NCBI GenBank assembly: GCA_964019425.1
Contig: OZ025783.1
Coordinates: 1,612,001 to 1,676,000, forward strand
Length of the DNA: 64,000 nucleotides
From: Flectonema sp. DT1601
Taxonomy: Eukaryota
Direction of reading: 5' to 3'
Numbering within the stretch: position 1 is the stretch's first letter; each line of letters begins with the position of its first letter. The translations under genes were made by a program, and so were the position numbers. Of the stretch, positions 58,801-64,000 are shown piece after piece. Under the pieces are notes generated by a model, which was not told the origin of the DNA, did not search any database, and saw only the letters and a list, made by a program, of their open reading frames with translations.

Positions 58801-61800
58801 AAAAGTTGTGATTGGGATCAATCGATTCAGATGTGTATGGATAAGATAGCAGCGTGTAGTTCTCTAGGTCTGTCTGAATGCATGCAGAAACCTCTCCAAT
58901 GCATGTGGGATACGACAATCAACAAGTGTAGTAGTAAAGCAATCAGTCCTGTTTCATGTTACGGTTTATCAAGGGGTGACTGCTCACAGAATAAAAGTTG
59001 TGATTGGGATCAATCGATTCAGATGTGTATGGATAAGAAGGTTGCATGCAGTTCATTGAGAGAGACTGAGTGCATGCAGAAACCTTTACAGTGCATGTGG
59101 GATATCAATACCAAGAGCTGTGCGGACTCAGCAATCGGTCCAGTTTCTTGTTACGGTTTATCAAGGGGTGACTGCTCACAGAATAAAAGTTGTGATTGGG
59201 ATCAATCGATTCAGATGTGTATGGATAAGATAGCAGCGTGTAGTTCTCTAGGTCTGTCTGAATGCATGCAGAAACCTCTCCAATGCATGTGGGATACGAC
59301 AATCAACAAGTGTAGTAGTAAAGCAATCAGTCCTGTTTCATGTTACGGTTTATCAAGGGGTGACTGCGCTCAGAAGAAAGACTGTAACTGGGATACAACA
59401 GCACAGATGTGTATGGATAAGAAGGTTGCATGTAGTTCATTGAGAGAGACTGAGTGCATGCAGAAACCTTTGCAGTGCATGTGGGATATCAATACCAAGA
59501 GCTGTGGTGACTCAGCAATCGGTCCAATTTCTTGTTACGTTTTGTCAATGGGTGACTGTGCTCAAAAGAAGGACTGCGATTGGGATCAATCGCTTCAGAT
59601 GTGTATGGATAAGAAGGTTGCATGTAGTTCATTGAGAGAGACTGAGTGCATGCAGAAACCTTTACAGTGCATGTGGGACATCAATACCAAGAGCTGTGCG
59701 GACTCAGCAATCGGTCCAGTTTCATGTTACAGTTTATCAAGGGGTGACTGCGCTCAAAAGAAGGACTGCGATTGGGATCAATCGCTTCAGATGTGTATGG
59801 ATAAGAAGGTTGCATGTAGTTCATTGAGAGAGACTGAGTGCATGCAGAAACCTTTACAGTGCATGTGGGACATCAATACCAAGAGCTGTGCGGACTCAGC
59901 AATCGGTCCAGTTTCATGTTACAGTTTATCAAGGGGTGACTGCGCTCAAAAGAAGGACTGCGATTGGGATCAATCGCTTCAGATGTGTATGGATAAGAAG
60001 GTTGCATGTAGTTCATTGAGAGAGACTGAGTGCATGCAGAAACCTTTGCAGTGCATGTGGGATATCAATACCAAGAGCTGTGGTGACTCAGCAATCGGTC
60101 CAATTTCTTGTTACGTTTTGTCAATGGGTGACTGCGCTCAAAAGAAGGACTGCGATTGGGATCAATCGCTTCAGATGTGTATGGATAAGAAGGTTGCATG
60201 CAGTTCATTGAGAGAGACTGAGTGCATGCAGAAACCTTTACAGTGCATGTGGGATATCAATACCAAGAGCTGTGCGGACTCAGCAATCGGTCCAGTTTCA
60301 TGTTACAGTTTATCAAGGGGTGACTGCGCTCAAAAGAAGGACTGCGATTGGGATCAATCGCTTCAGATGTGTATGGATAAGAAGGTTGCATGTAGTTCAT
60401 TGAGAGAGACTGAGTGCATGCAGAAACCTTTACAGTGCATGTGGGATATCAATACCAAGAGCTGTATGGATTCAGCAATCGGTCCAGTTTCTTGTTACAG
60501 TTTATCAAGGGGTGACTGCGCTCAGAAGAAGGACTGTGAATGGGAACCATTTAACGGAATGTGTATTGACAGCCAGAAGATTGGTTGTGATAAGTTACAG
60601 CCATCTGAGTGCATGATGAATATACAATGTACGATGTCTAGTGGCAAATGTGGAAAAAAACTTCCTTGCATCTCCCTCTCACTAAGTGATTGTAGTGCTG
60701 ATCCCAGATGTGAAGTACAAGGAACATATTGTGTTGATTTAAAGTCAGTAGATTCTTGTAATAAAAAGAGTAACTTTGATTGCATTGGCGAGTGCGAGTG
60801 GAGTTCTGGAAGTTGTCAATCAATTGGACCTCAATGTTCAGTCATCTCTGACATGCAGAGTTGTGAGTCTGATTTGAGTTGTTCTTGGAATGGTATTCAA
60901 CTTCAGTGTGAACCTCTCAGATGTAATTACCCAAAAGGCAAATGCCAGGGTGCTCACTGCCAACCAAACCCCAAAAACAACAAATGCGAAGCCAGCGTTT
61001 GCAACGCTCTTTCTGAATCCGATTGCAAGATGAACACCGATTGCCAGATACTGAACTTCCCTCAGTTTTCGTATTCAATGTGTGGACCAAGTCCTGGAAG
61101 GTTATTTTGCACCGCTTCCTCGAGAGATGATTGCGAAAAACGAATGGGAATGTGCAGCTGGGACAGCAATCAGGAGTGCCGACCAGTTGATATGAAAGAA
61201 ATTTGCAGCAAACTAACAGACAAGTCAGAGTGTTTAGGACCAGTGAGCCCATGTGACTGGATGAGTGGGAAATGTATTCCATACGCCTGCTACAGTAATA
61301 ACAATGAACAAGATTGCAATGCCGCTCAGGGATGCAGTTGGGCTAGTGTTTACTGTGAAAGAGATAGAGCGATGACTAACCCTTGTCCTCATATGGGAAT
61401 CAGAGAGTGCCATGATAACACTCGTTGTGGTATTGCAGACAACGACAAGTGTACTGGCTGCAGTGACTACGATAATGAATCAACTTGTACTTCTACAAGA
61501 CTGTGCGGATGGGAGACAAATATTTGCACCCGACCACCAGGGTGTTCAGATATGCAGACTGAAGCTGACTGTCTTACTAATGGATGCTACTACGACAGTA
61601 AAGAACAAATGTGCAGAGACGCAGAAGATCGCCCGCCATGCTCACAATATCCTTTAGCTAAATGCTTAACAACAATCGGGTGTAGGTCAGAGTTAACAAA
61701 ATGCATCGATGACACGACACCAGTCTGTTCGACACTTAGCAGAGAGAAGTGTAATCATTTTAAAATCTGCAGATACTCTCGTAAAGATAAAGCGTGTGTA

Positions 61801-64000
61801 TCATCTCAACATATTTGTGATAAAGCATCAAAGGATGAATGTAGAAACAATCCCTCATGTGTTTGGAGTAATGTAAATAATGAATGTTTTACGAAGATAG
61901 AAGTACGACCATGCACTGAGATGACTACACGACCCTCATGTGAGCTTCGCAATAAGATCTGCAGCTGGCACGCTGGTCGCTGTGAAATGACAATCGGGTG
62001 CTCGAAGCTTCCTAATGATGTCGTGTGTGGTAAGAAGCCTGGCTGCGACTGGGATGTTGATAGATGTGTACGAAAGGGTAATAAATGTAACTCTGTTGAC
62101 CTATCTACAGCATGCGATGGTGAAGAATGTGAGGGAGTACTTGATTCCTATCTCAAACAGAAGTTGTACAGTAAAGGTTCTTTTATTGATGGTGCTCAAC
62201 CAAAGGAAGTTAAAATTAGCAACCCACCCCTTTACGAAGACTTGTCAATTATTTGTACTGGTGACGACTGTGATGTTTGTAAACAAGGTCATCACTTGTC
62301 TGGATCAGGTGCTATTCTGAAGTGTGATACTGAAGGGGGAACAGCTACTTTAGTACTTCCATTCTCTGATGATAAAAGAAAACCGTTTTTGTGTGGAAAG
62401 AATGGCGAGATTAAGAAACCTCCTCCAACCTTTGCAGACGATTGTTCTACTAATCCCTGCCCAGTAGGACCTGACCTACCAACTGAATGCTTTGATCCTG
62501 ACACAGTTCAGAATGGAATATTTAATTGTAAATGTAGACAGCCAATGAAACTAACAAAAGGAGTTGGTGGAGTCGACACCTGTTCAATGATTGGAGTTTG
62601 CTCTTTAAAGATGACGGAAATCTGTAAATTAAAACAATCAGAGTGTCAGAAAACTGCAACAGGAACTGAAGAATGTATTGAGACTCTCTGTGATACTAAA
62701 CCTTGTCCACCACTCAGCGTGGGTTGTAAAAAGAGTGAAGAAAGAACAGCTGACGGGAAGTGTCTGCTGTTCCCTTGTGAGAATGTTTGCGAAGGTAGCT
62801 GCAATGCTGAACTGAAATTAAAATGCCGCGATAAGTCTAGAGAAGAAGGAAAGCACTTCGTTTGTGTTAGCGGCCAATGTGAAGAACAGCCCTGTCGACT
62901 TCCTGCATGCGTACAGCCACCAGCTGGTTGTATTCGTGTGAAAGATGATCGTAAGGATGCCTTCGGATGTTTTGCTCTACCTTGTGGTAAGTTGGAATGT
63001 TCAACCGACTGCAGTTCTGAAGATGAGAAACGCTGCGCAACTCAATTTGAAAAACGAATGAAATGTATTGTCGGAGATTTGACTCATTTCCCGAAAGGGA
63101 TTCTTGCGAACCCAACACCCTCGGAGACTGGCGAAAACATGAAGACTGACGAAGACATCGCTCTTTGCCTACCAATCGACTGCCCTCCGGTACAATGCAA
63201 ACCTCCTCCAGGATGTACCTACGCCATGAGATCAACGGCTTCTGGTAATGAAGACTTCACAGATAATACTGGATGGTTTGTATTTATAATGTTAAACCTT
63301 TTGTGTTACTTATTTTGTGAAATTATTTTAAAAAAACAGCCCTAAGGAACCCTGCGGAGAACTAGTGTGCAAGTCTAAATGTAATATGGAGCAGCGAAAG
63401 AAGTGTTGTAACCCCAGAAAGAGGAAGTCGGAATGTAAAGAATGTATTGTTGATTCTGAGGGAGCAGCTCTGTGCATTGAAAAGCCTTGTGATGTGCAAG
63501 CAGCGTGTGCAGCGTCTCCTGGTTGCTCTTATGAAGCGAAAGGTTCTGTAGAAAGATGTAATTCCTGTGGATCTGAAATTTGTGAAGTTTACAACGCGTG
63601 TGATGCGGTAAAATGCAAAGCAGGTAAAGAATGTAAAGTAATAACAAATATCTTAGAGAAAGCTACCCTCGACATGAGTAATGAACACGACGTTGCTGTT
63701 TGTGTTAGAAGGAGATCTGGTTCAAGTGAAGTAAACGATTGCAGTACGAAGATCTGTCCAACAGGAACAACCTGCACTGATATGGAAACAAGACCTCCTC
63801 GATGTGTATCTTCGAAAACAGCCAACTGTGGAGGGTGCGACTCTGGTGAAAATTGCGAGGTTTCCCGCAACAACAGAGAGACGAAGTTTCTCTGCAATAA
63901 ACCAGAGGACAAGGCTCTCTGTGATCTCGATGCATGTGCTTGTAGTGGATCACCCTGTAAAGATGAAGAACAGTGTCACGTCATGAGGAATAAAACTGCG
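55816..64000 (+). CDS. Giant secreted/surface Cys-rich repeat protein (>2600 aa), 3'-truncated; introns 56695-56772 and 63276-63339
   Basis: Signal peptide; dozens of 4-Cys CxW modules; the frame continues open after 63339 to the window end. Confidence 0.88.
57109..60564 (+). repeat. Coding tandem repeat, 18 x 192 bp (64 aa)
   Basis: atggataagaaggttgcatg or its variant recurs every 192 bp from 57109 to 60373. Confidence 0.95.

Noticed and set aside
3..63953. Minus-strand ORFs in the track
   Set aside because: Short antisense shadows of + strand genes or spacer noise, with no motifs.

Overview
Eukaryotic, AT-rich nuclear DNA from a euglenozoan, most likely a diplonemid (inferred from a paraflagellar-rod-family gene, a euglenozoan-type 18S fragment and frequent spliceosomal introns). 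About 33 protein genes were read, all on the + strand, consistent with one polycistronic, trans-spliced unit. I reconstructed 24 GT-AG introns by hand. They show a GTNTGT...(A)ACAG pattern with T-rich 5' halves and A/C-rich 3' halves and no polypyrimidine tract, whereas acceptors upstream of start codons are pyrimidine-rich. Other highlights: a UGA-CUA stop-readthrough candidate whose extension resembles the paralog's tail; eight near-identical copies of a 110-aa Tyr/Ala/Arg-rich gene in three clusters, plus a permuted 43-bp fragment of it 8 kb away; an antisense 18S rRNA fragment behind an ankyrin gene; a ~300-bp foldback MITE; two PTS1-bearing serine racemase paralogs; a Cys-type SelM homolog; and a giant Cys-rich surface protein with 18 x 192-bp mosaic repeats. 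All calls come from reading the sequence; no database search was run.
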